From positions 1-64,000 of IMG/VR virus record IMGVR_UViG_3300036778_000017: a DNA stretch of 64,000 bases, one strand, 5' to 3'. This document shows positions 39,119-49,234 of the stretch, in pieces. The notes beneath the pieces were generated by a model that worked only from the letters and a program-made list of their open reading frames with translations, was not told the DNA's origin and did not search any database. This stretch comes from a virus (taxonomy: Duplodnaviria; Caudoviricetes). Within the stretch, counting starts at the first letter, position 1. Each line of letters opens with the position of its first letter. The position numbers and the translations under genes are program-made.

Positions 39119-39639
39119 GCTGATGCCTTGTGTCTGATGATCTCCATTCTGGCCCACGCCAGCCAAGAGTCAACGATGATCGACATCAGACCTCGAACAC
39201 CGTCCGGCAGTTCTCCCATAGGGGTCTTTTGTCCATCGAGTAATTCCTCCAGGAACTCCTCAACTTTCTGGGGAGTTGTCTTCATCTTGAACCTCGGATC
39301 AACGAAGTTCCAATCTGAGTTCATGATGATTTCTACACACTCCTGGACATTTTTCCCGTCTCGTATGTTTATCACACGCTCCCTATCTGCCTCCAGCTTT
39401 GTAACCTGACCAGATGGTCGTGATGGCTTCGGCTTCTTGTCTGTGGATGGCAAAGAGGACTTGGATAGTGGGAGCTCGTCACGAAACAACGACCTGATGA
39501 AATCCCGCATGGATGTGCCGCCCTCCTGCTCGTTTATCCTCCGCTGAAGCTCGAAGGACGACTCTGCATTGCGATTATAGATTAGGCGGTGAAGAAGTGT
39601 CATCGCGTCGATCTCGGTTATCTTTTCTTTTCTGGTCAT
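39115..39639 (-). CDS. Low-GC hypothetical protein (moron-like)
   Basis: About 42-47% GC in sampled 60-mers; CAGGAG RBS and AT-rich leader. Confidence 0.65.
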   Translation of the reverse strand: MTRKEKITEIDAMTLLHRLIYNRNAESSFELQRRINEQEGGTSMRDFIRSLFRDELPLSKSSLPSTDKKPKPSRPSGQVTKLEADRERVINIRDGKNVQECVEIIMNSDWNFVDPRFKMKTTPQKVEEFLEELLDGQKTPMGELPDGVRGLMSIIVDSWLAWARMEIIRHKASA

Positions 39640-39717
39640 GTATATAGTCTCCTGTTTGATGGACGATGATTGATGATTGATGTAGTCCTAGACTTTCTCG
39701 TTATTCCACCTCCTTTT

Positions 39718-40191
39718 CTATCCGAGCGGCCCGAGTACCAAGAAGTGAGTTGGATGAACCTCGATCTCGTACCACTCGTCGTTCGTCATCGACCACTTCC
39801 CAGCGAGGAAGCAGCCTCCAACTTCCTTCGAGTGCGGGCTGTCGCCAGCACCATCCTGCCAGTACCCCATCCCGTATCCCTCCGTGTTGCAGTCGAGGTC
39901 CACGAGCTCTGGGGCCTGCAGAAACAACTCTGCCTGATACTTGTCGCGGAGTTCCTCGATGGGATGCCACGGCAGGATGTCCGGCTTGTTGCCCTTCATC
40001 TCCGAGACAGCCATCTCGAATAGTCTCTGGTGATCAGGCCCAACGAGCTCGTCGGGGACACCGCCGAAGTGCAGGATCACCTGACGCCATGTCGTGTCGA
40101 GCGCGCGACGGTACACGTTGTTCAGCGGGCGGTTCTGGACCTCCGCCCGCCAGCGCTCGACGGCCCAGATCAAGTGGACGCTTGTCGTCAT
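39718..40191 (-). CDS. Hypothetical protein
   Basis: Tiled ORF. Confidence 0.55.
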   Translation of the reverse strand: MTTSVHLIWAVERWRAEVQNRPLNNVYRRALDTTWRQVILHFGGVPDELVGPDHQRLFEMAVSEMKGNKPDILPWHPIEELRDKYQAELFLQAPELVDLDCNTEGYGMGYWQDGAGDSPHSKEVGGCFLAGKWSMTNDEWYEIEVHPTHFLVLGPLG

Positions 40192-40727
40192 ACCAAGTTA
40201 CCTCTCAGTTTCTTGTGGCCCATGCTCACGCACAGTACCTGATGCTTGCAGTCGGCAAGCGCGTTGTGATACGTTCCCTGTCGCTTGATCGAGAACGTGT
40301 TGAGGCCGGACACTCGATAGATCGTGCGCGTGTCCTGCGCCTCGTGGAAACGCCACGGCTGTTTCTTCCCCAGCGCTCGATAAACCCAGGACAGAAGTGG
40401 CTCGTCGAAGTTCGCGCCCTGCGACCAGAACCATCGACCACCGCGACCGAAGAACACCGCGAACTTCTCGACGACCTCCTCGATGGGTAGCTGTCCCTCG
40501 GACAACTGCTTGTTCGCGAGCGCGTGCTCCGGCTTGGCCCAGAATGCCACTGTGCCCTCCTCCTTGTACATCTTCAGCTTCTTGCACGAGGTCTCCGTGA
40601 TGTTGCAGTAGAACTCGTCGCCCAGCTGCCCTGTCTCCGGATCGAAGAACACGGCACCGAGGCTGCGGATCATGGAGCCCGGCGAGGTGCCCCACGTCTC
40701 GAGATCTACCATTACGTCGTTCAGCAT
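40188..40727 (-). CDS. DEDD 3'-5' exonuclease (Rv2179c / ExoVIII-like)
   Basis: VMVDLETWG, WSQGANFD, DTRT, HNALADC. Confidence 0.85.
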   Translation of the reverse strand: MLNDVMVDLETWGTSPGSMIRSLGAVFFDPETGQLGDEFYCNITETSCKKLKMYKEEGTVAFWAKPEHALANKQLSEGQLPIEEVVEKFAVFFGRGGRWFWSQGANFDEPLLSWVYRALGKKQPWRFHEAQDTRTIYRVSGLNTFSIKRQGTYHNALADCKHQVLCVSMGHKKLRGNLV

Positions 40728-40740
40728 TTCGTTCTCCTGT

Positions 40741-42309
40741 TCAGACCCACTGACACTCGTTCTCGGTCTGTGATGCCACTATGGTTAGACGCTGTCGCGC
40801 CCGGGTTACTCCGACGTACCAGACTCGCCTCTCGTCGTCGGGGTTCTTGTCGACCTCCTTCGCCGTGCGGTACGCCATCTCTGTCATGAGAACGACGTGG
40901 TCCGCCTCAGCGCCCTTGGCCGAGTGAATGGTGGACAAGCGCACGCGAGGCGCATGCCGCAGTTTCTCACCGCGTCGCCGCGCGGCGAGCAGATAGCTCA
41001 TGTCGGCGCCGGGCAGCCGGTCCAGCGCCTCGTGCCAGATCTTGTTCGGCGTCATGAGAAGGCCGCCGTAGTTGATCAGGTCCTTCATGGAGATCGCGAG
41101 CTCCTCGTCATCGCCGAAACCCTGAAGCCCCTTGTATCCGTGCTTCACCTGCACCGTGTCGCCGACCTTCGGGCTGATCATGCTGTACATCGCGCGGGCG
41201 TCTCCGAGAAGCACGTGCTTCCCGGCTCGCAACCTCTCCCACGTCTCGGCTGCCCGCAGCGCGTTCATGGGTATCGAGCTCTTGCCGTTCATCTCATACA
41301 CAATCCCCCGCTCGCGCATGATCGGCTCGACCTGTTCTCGAAGAATGTACTGGTTTCTGGCGAGCACCAGAACGGGGGCCGTCGGGGAGTCGTCGCGCCA
41401 CTTGTCGTTGACGTCTGCGTCGTCGATCTCGGCCACGCGCTCGATGGTTCCCTTCCCCTTGCGGGCCGCCCACTCCTTCTCTCTGCGATGCCGCAGTCCC
41501 ATGATGATGCCGGCCGACACGCGCTGTATCTCCTTCGGGCATCGCCATGACTGCCCGAGTACTGACACCGTGCCGTCCATGCTCACGAACGTCTCGATGT
41601 CGGCACCAGCCCATCGGTAGATGGCCTGATCATCGTCGCCGGCCACCACCACGCGCCTGACACCGTCCGCCAGCTGGAAGATCACGCGCCACTGAAGATG
41701 TGATAGATCCTGCGCCTCGTCGACGAGGAGCACGTCTAGGTTGAGCCTGATGCCGGACGCCACGAACTTGCTGAGCATGTCCGTGTAGTCTATCAGCGCC
41801 TTGTCCTTCTTGTAGATGGCCAGCGCCCTCGACACTCGGTCAACCTCGACCCAAGGCAGACCGTCGTCGTCCTCGTCGTACAGGGCGCGGAGCGGTATGC
41901 CGCGGATACGCGACAGGTTCTCCATGAACAGAATGCGATCCCCGAGCTCGAAGTTCGACATGATGCCGTCGTTGGACCAAGCCCGACCCGTCACCTCGAC
42001 GCCCGCGAACTCTGCGAACTCGTTGAGGGCAGGCCCAGCCAGAACCTGAGCCGATCTCAGGCCCAGCTGGCGAAAGCACATGCTGTGAATGGTCTGGAAG
42101 TAGGGCAGGTCGTCCTTCTCCAGACCGAAGCGCTTCATGGCTCGCGTCCGAGCCTCCTCCGCTGCGCGCTGAGTGAAGGAGACGTAGCCGATACGGTTCG
42201 GCTTCGTCCCCCTCGCCAACTCCTCGTCGAGGATGTTCAGCAGCGTCGTCGTCTTTCCGGTGCCTGGAGGCCCGAGGACGATGTCTGGGAAGAACTCACT
42301 CACGCGCAC
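40741..42309 (-). CDS. SF1 helicase, UvrD/Rep-like
   Basis: GPPGTGKT, LVDEAQD, AGDDDQAIYRW, STIHSAKGAEAD, VWYVGVTRA. Confidence 0.92.
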   Translation of the reverse strand: MRVSEFFPDIVLGPPGTGKTTTLLNILDEELARGTKPNRIGYVSFTQRAAEEARTRAMKRFGLEKDDLPYFQTIHSMCFRQLGLRSAQVLAGPALNEFAEFAGVEVTGRAWSNDGIMSNFELGDRILFMENLSRIRGIPLRALYDEDDDGLPWVEVDRVSRALAIYKKDKALIDYTDMLSKFVASGIRLNLDVLLVDEAQDLSHLQWRVIFQLADGVRRVVVAGDDDQAIYRWAGADIETFVSMDGTVSVLGQSWRCPKEIQRVSAGIIMGLRHRREKEWAARKGKGTIERVAEIDDADVNDKWRDDSPTAPVLVLARNQYILREQVEPIMRERGIVYEMNGKSSIPMNALRAAETWERLRAGKHVLLGDARAMYSMISPKVGDTVQVKHGYKGLQGFGDDEELAISMKDLINYGGLLMTPNKIWHEALDRLPGADMSYLLAARRRGEKLRHAPRVRLSTIHSAKGAEADHVVLMTEMAYRTAKEVDKNPDDERRVWYVGVTRARQRLTIVASQTENECQWV

Positions 42310-42742
42310 CGCCCCACGCCTTGCCCCAGTCTGCCGTCTGCACGCCCATGTCTGCGAGCACGATCCCCTCGTTCGGGATCACCTGAACCGCGCGGTCGTC
42401 CCAGATGGAGTGAGCACGCCAGTCCTTCCAGCACTGAGCCCGAAGGCGCTGACCGATGTACTTCTCCGTGAGGTTCGCGAGTGCGAACTTCATGTCGATG
42501 CCGGTGAAGGCCTCTCCAGTGACCTTGCACGTCTGGACCTCTCCGTCGTTCAGTGGCACCCGAGCCGTGAACAGGCGAACCTCGATCCCGGCCTGGAGCC
42601 AGCGCTGCACGCGCTGGATCATGGGCTGGATAGGATCACCGAACTGATCCCACTTGACCCACTCAGTGTAGGTGAACAGCGTGCCGTCCACGTCAACGAG
42701 GATGTACTCGCCCTCCTTGACATCTGGTAGTATCTCAGCCAT
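42296..42742 (-). CDS. HAD-superfamily phosphatase
   Basis: LVDVDGTLF, LFTAR, WDDRA. Confidence 0.75.
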   Translation of the reverse strand: MAEILPDVKEGEYILVDVDGTLFTYTEWVKWDQFGDPIQPMIQRVQRWLQAGIEVRLFTARVPLNDGEVQTCKVTGEAFTGIDMKFALANLTEKYIGQRLRAQCWKDWRAHSIWDDRAVQVIPNEGIVLADMGVQTADWGKAWGGARE

Positions 42743-42953
42743 GCTTCTTCCTCTCTGCGATGATTGCCTGCACCAGCGGACACTCCACCAGCCTCACGGC
42801 CCTCGTTCTCGCGCACAGATCCGTGATGGTCCTGCGCGCATACTCCTCGGCCTCTCGATGAACCTGCTCCATCGAGGACTGGTCCGTCCAGTTCTCCAGC
42901 GCGATGTCGAGCTCGACGGTCACCTGAACCTTCGCCCTCACAGATGTCACCAT
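42735..42953 (-). CDS. Hypothetical protein
   Basis: Tiled ORF. Confidence 0.5.
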   Translation of the reverse strand: MVTSVRAKVQVTVELDIALENWTDQSSMEQVHREAEEYARRTITDLCARTRAVRLVECPLVQAIIAERKKHG

Positions 42954-43414
42954 GTCATGAGCCTCCTTATGTCACCCGTGGTGTGAATGGTCACCTCCAG
43001 CGGGCGCGGGTCCAGCGCCATCGGCAGAAGCCAGTTGAGATTGCCGATCTGCGGAAACTTCTGGTTCCGCGGGTCGCACCACTCCAGCGTCTCGTTGCTG
43101 TCATTGATCGTCGGCGCGATGTACGACCCCGTGATGGTGCACCTGAAGAAGTACACGCGATAGCCCGGGCCGTTCTCGATCGCGAACAGATCCCACTTGT
43201 CCGTGTTCAGCTGTGCCTCCTCGTCGAACTCCCGCCTCATGGCATCGTACGCCGTCTCGCCCGGCTCCATCTGACCGCCGATGGCGTTCATGAAGCCCTT
43301 CTGCCACGACGGTTGCTCCTTGCGCACGAGCAGGACCATGTCGCGATAGAGCAGAAAGCCCGCCACGTACTGGCGGAAGCCCTCCTCGCCCTCCTTGGGA
43401 TGCTTCTTTGTCAC
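42947..43414 (-). CDS. Nudix hydrolase
   Basis: Nudix box GGQMEPGETAYDAMRREFDEEA. Confidence 0.9.
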   Translation of the reverse strand: MTKKHPKEGEEGFRQYVAGFLLYRDMVLLVRKEQPSWQKGFMNAIGGQMEPGETAYDAMRREFDEEAQLNTDKWDLFAIENGPGYRVYFFRCTITGSYIAPTINDSNETLEWCDPRNQKFPQIGNLNWLLPMALDPRPLEVTIHTTGDIRRLMTW

Positions 43415-43872
43415 TGCTGCCTCCTGTGATAAGTGTCATCCATCATCGAGACGCCCGGAAGCCGGTCGTCAACGATATCCGTGTTAACGACGCCCGGCCG
43501 GGGCTGATTGACCACGGGCCGCAGGACTGGACGAGCCGGAGGCTCGGGCGGCGAGGCCTGAGTCTCCGGCTCCCGAAGCTGTGCCTCTACCCGCTCAGGC
43601 GCAGCCTCGTGTCTGGTCGACTTCTGCCGTCGATAGCGCTGGATACCCATCGACAACTGCGTCGCAGTCTGCTCGAGAAGCGTTCCGAGTGCAACTGCCT
43701 CCGCGCTTCTCTCCTCGTACGCCAGCCGTAGCTCGGCGTTCTGTCTCCTCATGATCTCGAGCTCGCCGTCCTTACGCTCGGACAACATCTTCACTAGCTC
43801 TAGTTCCTGCCGCGTCGTCTGTAACTCAGACGCGAGCTCGTGAACCTCGTCTCCTAGAAATGTCTTAGACAT
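43411..43872 (-). CDS. Coiled-coil hypothetical protein
   Basis: Heptad pattern; start MSKTFLG. Confidence 0.55.
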   Translation of the reverse strand: MSKTFLGDEVHELASELQTTRQELELVKMLSERKDGELEIMRRQNAELRLAYEERSAEAVALGTLLEQTATQLSMGIQRYRRQKSTRHEAAPERVEAQLREPETQASPPEPPARPVLRPVVNQPRPGVVNTDIVDDRLPGVSMMDDTYHRRQQ

Positions 43873-43888
43873 ACCACAAGTCTCCTTC

Positions 43889-45511
43889 TCAGATTGGCCG
43901 CTCCTTCGGAGTCGGCGCGCTAACCTCCGGCATGGCCTGAACCACGTCCGAAGGAACCCAGTGAACATGGACTGTTCGCTTCTTGATCTCCATGGTCTCG
44001 AAGTCACCGCCCAGCTTGTCTATCATGTTGACCAGCTGCGGCTTGGTCAGCCCCTTCATGCCCTCTCGCTCCACGAACTTGTGCAGCTTGGACATGACGA
44101 AGTAGTGTCGCTTATTCTCCGTGTCCTCCCACGGAGCGCCGCGCAACAGGTCCTCGAGTTTCTCACCGCGCTGCCTGTTCGTCAGGAACGTCTCGAGCAA
44201 TTCGTGGAACTCACCCTCGCGGCCCACGTCCTTCGATACCTCGATGACCTCCGTCATCTTGGACATCGCCTCCTGTATCACCATCAGCCACTCCCCCTGA
44301 GGAATGATGCCGAATGGGTTGTGCAGCACGTTCACCAGAAGCTTCTGGAAACGATCCCACCGCACGAGGTCATCAGTGCTGCACTCCACGTGCGCTCCCT
44401 CGACCTCCACGAACCAGATCGGCGGGTCACTGTCCATCTTCTTGATGGAGGTGATGACGGGCAGCACGGCCCCGCTTCCACCGGACACGCCGAACTTGCG
44501 CTTGCGGCACAGGATGCTGTCGCAGTACGACCGCATCGGCTCGTCCTTGCACTTGTACTGATAGTCCTTCTTGCGAAGGCTCTTGATGATGCTGTTGACG
44601 TTCTCCTGCGGATGGACCGGGACGCAGTACAGCGCGTTCGCTCTCTCGAGCTCCTGCTCCCATTCGTCCGGAAACTTCTTCTTGAAGTACACGCCCATGT
44701 GAAAGAGCGTGTTGTTCTGTCCTCCCTGCTTGATGCCCTCCGCGATCAGATGCACGAGGCACGGCGGCCCGTCGCCAAACGGCACCGTCGGGTCATCGTG
44801 CTTCGACCCCCGCTTGCCCCGCTTCGATCCCTTTCCAGGGAGCGCAGAGCCGGGGGCCGCGCGAAGGTTTCGCGTCTGGAGCTCGTCGATCTGGGATGGC
44901 GACTGCTTTGCCTTCTCCGCGACACGCACGAACTCCGGTAGTCCAATCTCACTGCCGTTCTTGCGGAGGCCCACCTGCCTCTCGATCTTGCCTCCGTACG
45001 TGTCGCCGTAGTACGGCATTATCATCCACGATCCCTGATCTCCTCGGTCAGTTAGGAGCGTGGCCTGCTTCGGGAATATCTCGCTGCCCGCTATCCCGAG
45101 CGCGGCCGCGAGGTCCCGGAGCAGATCCTGCACCACCTTGGCAGGCGTCACCTCCGCACAGAAGAAGAACAGATGCAGTCCGCCGGACTTCGAGCGGCAC
45201 GGCACCAGCGGAAGCTTGAGAGCCTCGACCTTCTTGATCAGGTCCGTGAGGTCCTGCCCATATACGTCGTAGTCGATGCTCCCCCAGACTGTGCTGTTGT
45301 CCGTTCGTATGGGAACGATGCCGAGAGGCTTCTTGCCCGCGACGTGCTGCTCCCAGTGCTTCTCTGTCGTCGCACCCTTCAGCGTTCTCGCCGAGGGCTT
45401 GATGACCCACTTGAGGCTCTCCCCTGTCGGATCGCGCACTGGAGTTCCGTGCGTGCCGTAGTGCGTGTCGTTGCCCTCGAACAACGCCGCAAGTCTCTGC
45501 ATTGGTGTCAT
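43889..45511 (-). CDS. Primase (archaeo-eukaryotic-type catalytic domain + PriCT-like domain)
   Basis: IDYDVY, RSKSGGLHLFFF, GPPCL...GQNNTLFHMGVY. Confidence 0.8.
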   Translation of the reverse strand: MTPMQRLAALFEGNDTHYGTHGTPVRDPTGESLKWVIKPSARTLKGATTEKHWEQHVAGKKPLGIVPIRTDNSTVWGSIDYDVYGQDLTDLIKKVEALKLPLVPCRSKSGGLHLFFFCAEVTPAKVVQDLLRDLAAALGIAGSEIFPKQATLLTDRGDQGSWMIMPYYGDTYGGKIERQVGLRKNGSEIGLPEFVRVAEKAKQSPSQIDELQTRNLRAAPGSALPGKGSKRGKRGSKHDDPTVPFGDGPPCLVHLIAEGIKQGGQNNTLFHMGVYFKKKFPDEWEQELERANALYCVPVHPQENVNSIIKSLRKKDYQYKCKDEPMRSYCDSILCRKRKFGVSGGSGAVLPVITSIKKMDSDPPIWFVEVEGAHVECSTDDLVRWDRFQKLLVNVLHNPFGIIPQGEWLMVIQEAMSKMTEVIEVSKDVGREGEFHELLETFLTNRQRGEKLEDLLRGAPWEDTENKRHYFVMSKLHKFVEREGMKGLTKPQLVNMIDKLGGDFETMEIKKRTVHVHWVPSDVVQAMPEVSAPTPKERPI

Positions 45512-45534
45512 TGTTCAGTCCACAAGTCCGAGAG

Positions 45535-45563
45535 AAAGTGGGACCGCCCCGAGGGGCGGCCCC
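45535..45563 (-). terminator. Intrinsic terminator
   Basis: GGGCCGCCCC-TCG-GGGCGGTCCC-ACTTT; the 3' arm matches the 17918 terminator. Confidence 0.7.
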
Positions 45564-45575
45564 GGATAGTGTCGC

Positions 45576-46478
45576 TCAGACGTGCTCGCTGTCGCGCTGC
45601 CCCTTGGCGTTGCTGCCCTGAACATCGCTGCCCTCGTCCACCTGATCACCCGTCATCTGGTCAGACTTGAGGATGCCCTTGGTGAAGTCGGACTCGATCT
45701 GCCGCGCCATGCGGTAGACCGCCGGATCGGTGAGCATCGTCGGCTCGCCTCCCTCATCGTCCACGTTCCACATGAACCAGTCGCCCTGATCGTTGGTGCG
45801 GAACTGAAGCTTCATGCGATACAGATAGCCGTAGCTTGGCGACTTCATGTCGGTACCCGGAACGCGCTTCCGGTTCATGAGAGTCATCCACGCGCGGCTG
45901 GCACCGTGGCCGCTGCCCGACATCGGAATGACGAACGGCAGTGGCGCGTCGAACTCGTCCAGCACGATCACGACGTGCTCGCGGGTCTCGACCACCGAGT
46001 TGCCGTTCTTGCGACGCCAGCCCTTCTTCTTGGGGTTCTGCGGGTCGGTCCAGATGAAAGCGTCGCCGGGCTTCTCGTCGTGACGGGCGACGAAGCCGCC
46101 GCGGTCAGGAAGCCACTCGATCCAGCACTTGGAGAAGTAGGCCGGAACCACGAGGATGCCGTCGTCACCAGAGACGACCTGCTGAGTGCCGCGGAACCAG
46201 ATAGATCCGGCCTCCGCACCCTCCACGTAGCTGTCGCCCTTCTTCTGCACCTGCGGACTGTTCGACTGCAGGATGTAGATGAGCGGTACGATGTTGTCCT
46301 CGACGGCAGTGGAGACGCCCTTTCCTGCGTCCGCCGCCATCATCTTGGTCATCTCCTCCATGGCGGCCGCGTCCGCGACTGCCCTGCCCTTGTCCGACGT
46401 AGTCTGCACCGCCCGTGACTTGGGCGGCGGAGGAGCGGACGCCCGCCCCTTGTTGCTGCTCGTCGCTTGCTTCGCCAT
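45576..46478 (-). CDS. Putative single-stranded DNA-binding / annealing protein
   Basis: IVPLIYILQSNSPQV...GFVARH...ASRAW pattern; acidic C-tail; lies in the replication block and is followed by a terminator. Confidence 0.5.
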   Translation of the reverse strand: MAKQATSSNKGRASAPPPPKSRAVQTTSDKGRAVADAAAMEEMTKMMAADAGKGVSTAVEDNIVPLIYILQSNSPQVQKKGDSYVEGAEAGSIWFRGTQQVVSGDDGILVVPAYFSKCWIEWLPDRGGFVARHDEKPGDAFIWTDPQNPKKKGWRRKNGNSVVETREHVVIVLDEFDAPLPFVIPMSGSGHGASRAWMTLMNRKRVPGTDMKSPSYGYLYRMKLQFRTNDQGDWFMWNVDDEGGEPTMLTDPAVYRMARQIESDFTKGILKSDQMTGDQVDEGSDVQGSNAKGQRDSEHV

Positions 46479-47137
46479 CACTTCTTTCCTTTCGTGGTTG
46501 TCTTCAGACCCTTCTGTGCCTTCTCGGCCTTGGTCTCCTTCTGCCGAACGACCTGTACGCGCCGCTCGACAGTCGCACCTAGCAGATCGAGGCGAGGCGA
46601 TTTCTTCTTCACCTCGATCTGGTTCTTCAGCCACGCCGTCAGAGTGTTCCACGGCACGCCGAAACTTGATGAGTAGCTGAACTTCTTGGAAGTCAGCAGC
46701 TTCTCGAACTCCTGTCGCCTCTTGGTGTCCTTCAGTCCGAACTGAACCTCGAACGTTGTCTTGAGCAGGTCCGGGTCCTGCTTCTGGATGTACTGAATGG
46801 ACTTGTTGTAGTTCTCGACCTTCGGGTCAGCTGGCGTCCCGATGTTCGCCTTGTAGTACCAGCCCACGACAGTCTCGTACGGGGGCTCGTTGCCCTCGCC
46901 GCTGATGCCGATGTTGTCGACCTTGGCCTGATCGAACAGATCGACCAGTGTCTTGGTCTTCATCTCGTTGATCATGGTGCCGTTCACCGCCAGATCTTCC
47001 TCAAGCTTCTCGCGCTGCTTCTCGAGCTTCCTGAGTTCTGCGACGCCCTGCCGAAGTCTGTCAAGCTTGTCCTTCGGTGGTGGTTTCTGTGAGTCCTCTC
47101 GCATCATCTCGAGAACTGCGCTGCTCGCCTTCGCCAT
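46478..47137 (-). CDS. Conserved replication-module protein
   Basis: Coiled-coil N-terminus, VPWNTLTAWLK; TGATG-coupled to the SSB-like gene. Confidence 0.55.
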   Translation of the reverse strand: MAKASSAVLEMMREDSQKPPPKDKLDRLRQGVAELRKLEKQREKLEEDLAVNGTMINEMKTKTLVDLFDQAKVDNIGISGEGNEPPYETVVGWYYKANIGTPADPKVENYNKSIQYIQKQDPDLLKTTFEVQFGLKDTKRRQEFEKLLTSKKFSYSSSFGVPWNTLTAWLKNQIEVKKKSPRLDLLGATVERRVQVVRQKETKAEKAQKGLKTTTKGKK

Positions 47138-47139
47138 GC

Positions 47140-47635
47140 TGTGATCTCCACAAGTACCTGCCGAGGGTTAGCGTGGCAGGGGTTACAAGCATGGCACGGG
47201 CCGTGTTCCGTTACCATGGGGTTACTTTGGACTGTGCATAAGTGTCCAAAGCGAGGGCCGCAGCGCCCTTGTGGTCAAGCACTGCGGCCCCGGCCCGGGT
47301 GCTCACCAGCCGCCCTTGTCGTGCGCGCACTGCGAAGGACAGTGCCCAAGTTGGCGGGGTAGCAGGCTGAAGGGTGCCACGGCCCGCGTTCCACTACAAG
47401 CCGCCCTGTTCATAACTTTCCGGGGGCCGTGGCCCTATCGCGCGCCTCCGCCAGCTAGATGCGCCGGCGAACTTGAACGTTCACGCAGATCATGCGGACA
47501 CCCCGATAACGAGCAGGATGACCTCACGTGTGCGCTTACGCACGCATCTAGCTGGCAGAGGCGCGCTATGCGAGGCTTGCAACGGAACCGGGGCCGTGGC
47601 ATCCTTCTTGCCCAACCCCCGCCTGAAGGATCCCA
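47140..47635. promoter_or_regulatory. Divergent intergenic region, TC/GA-poor
   Basis: Lies between the minus-strand replication block and the plus-strand helicase. Confidence 0.5.
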
Positions 47636-49168
47636 GTGCAGTACGTCTCCAAGACCAAGCCCATGAAGCACCAGACGGCCGCAGCGCTCGCAGCGTTTCA
47701 CGCGCCAGCTAGGCCGAGCCGTGACGACAATTTCGCGTATCTCATGGACATGGGCACGGGAAAGTCGAAGGTCGTGCTGGACGAGTGGGGAGCGGGGGCC
47801 GTGAACAGTGAACTGCCGAACCTTCTAGTGGTCGCGCCAGCTGGCTCGTATCGCAACTGGTTTCAGGGCAAGAACGAGATACAGAAGTCGGAGCTAGACA
47901 TGCATCTGCCAGACGAGCTCCGCGAGCGCATGCTCGTGAACCACTGGCGGAGCGGCTCGCCTCGCGAGCATCGCGAGAGCCTAGCGGAGTTCCTGCGAAC
48001 CAAGGACCGACCCCGCGCGCTGTTCGTCAACGTCGAGGCACTGTCCAGCGTCGAGAAGGCGCAGGAGCTCGTGGAGGAATATCTCGAGGGCGGCAGAACC
48101 TACATGGCGGTCGACGAGAGCACGACCATAAAGAGCCCGGACAGTCTGCGCGGGCGGTACATCACGAACGTCGGGCAGCGCGCCAGCTGCCGTCGCATCC
48201 TGACAGGTCTGCTGACGCCACGCTCCCCGCTGGACGCGTGGGGTCAGTTCAATTTCCTGGACTGGCGCATCCTCGGCTCGCCGAGCTACTTCGGGTTCAA
48301 GCGTCGCTTCGCGATCACGAAGAAGATGCTGGTGGACGCGGACTACGACGACAATCGCGAGCCGATCGAGGGAACCGGCCGGAAGATAGAGGTCGTTGTC
48401 GGCTATCGCAATCTCGAGGAGCTCCACGAGCGGATCTCGAGGTACAGCTACCGGGTACTGAAGGAGGATTGTCTCGATCTCGCGCCGAAGATATTCCTGA
48501 CGAGAGAGGTCGAGCACACCAAGGAGCAGGCGCGGATGTACGCGGAGCTCCGGGCCAATGCGACGACGGCCATCATGCGTGGCGAGCTAGAGGAGAGCTA
48601 CGTCTCCGTCGACATGATGCTCCAGATGATGATCCGGCTGCACCAGATCAATCTGGGATACGCGGTGAATGATGATGGCGACATACGCGACCTGCCAGAG
48701 AATCGCACCGACCAGATCATCGAGATCCTGGACGAGCACGACGGCAAGACTGTGATATGGTCACCGTTCATTCATCGGATAGAGGTACTGGCTGAGAAGT
48801 TGAGGAAGGAGTATGGCCCCAAGTCCGTTGCAATGTTCTACGGACAGAACAGGAGCACGCGCCACTTGGACGAGGCGCGGTTCATCGACGACCCCGAGTG
48901 CAAGATAATGATTGCCTCGCAGGCGGCCGGAGGTCGTGGAAACACTTGGGTCTGTGCGAACCTGAATATCTATGACAGCAATAACTATGACCTAGAGCAG
49001 CGTCAGCAGAGCGAGGATCGAACCCACCGAAAGGGGCAGCTGCGAAAGGTGACATACGTGGACCTGATGACGCCGGACACCGTGGACTATCGGTTCGTGC
49101 ACGCGCTCCGGAACAAGTACGACATGGCGACGCAGATCACTGGAGAGCGCATGCGTGCGTGGATATAG
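47636..49168 (+). CDS. SNF2-like SF2 helicase
   Basis: MDMGTGKS, VDEST, LTGLLTPRSPLD, GGRGNTW, QSEDRTHRKGQ. Confidence 0.92.
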   Translation: MQYVSKTKPMKHQTAAALAAFHAPARPSRDDNFAYLMDMGTGKSKVVLDEWGAGAVNSELPNLLVVAPAGSYRNWFQGKNEIQKSELDMHLPDELRERMLVNHWRSGSPREHRESLAEFLRTKDRPRALFVNVEALSSVEKAQELVEEYLEGGRTYMAVDESTTIKSPDSLRGRYITNVGQRASCRRILTGLLTPRSPLDAWGQFNFLDWRILGSPSYFGFKRRFAITKKMLVDADYDDNREPIEGTGRKIEVVVGYRNLEELHERISRYSYRVLKEDCLDLAPKIFLTREVEHTKEQARMYAELRANATTAIMRGELEESYVSVDMMLQMMIRLHQINLGYAVNDDGDIRDLPENRTDQIIEILDEHDGKTVIWSPFIHRIEVLAEKLRKEYGPKSVAMFYGQNRSTRHLDEARFIDDPECKIMIASQAAGGRGNTWVCANLNIYDSNNYDLEQRQQSEDRTHRKGQLRKVTYVDLMTPDTVDYRFVHALRNKYDMATQITGERMRAWI

Positions 49169-49234
49169 CGGTGCAACCTGTAGTGCCCCGCCCGGGTGCC
49201 ACTGGTATTTAGGTGTTCCCCGCCAGCATGCCCT

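Noticed and set aside
17918-45563. Shared GGGGCGGTCCC arm in two terminators
   Set aside because: Recorded as ordinary terminators; reuse of a terminator sequence is common in phages.
47473-47712. Small plus-strand ORF with a CEACNGTG (CxxCxGxG) motif
   Set aside because: It overlaps the helicase start by about 75 nt, has no clear RBS and only one Cys pair; not supportable.
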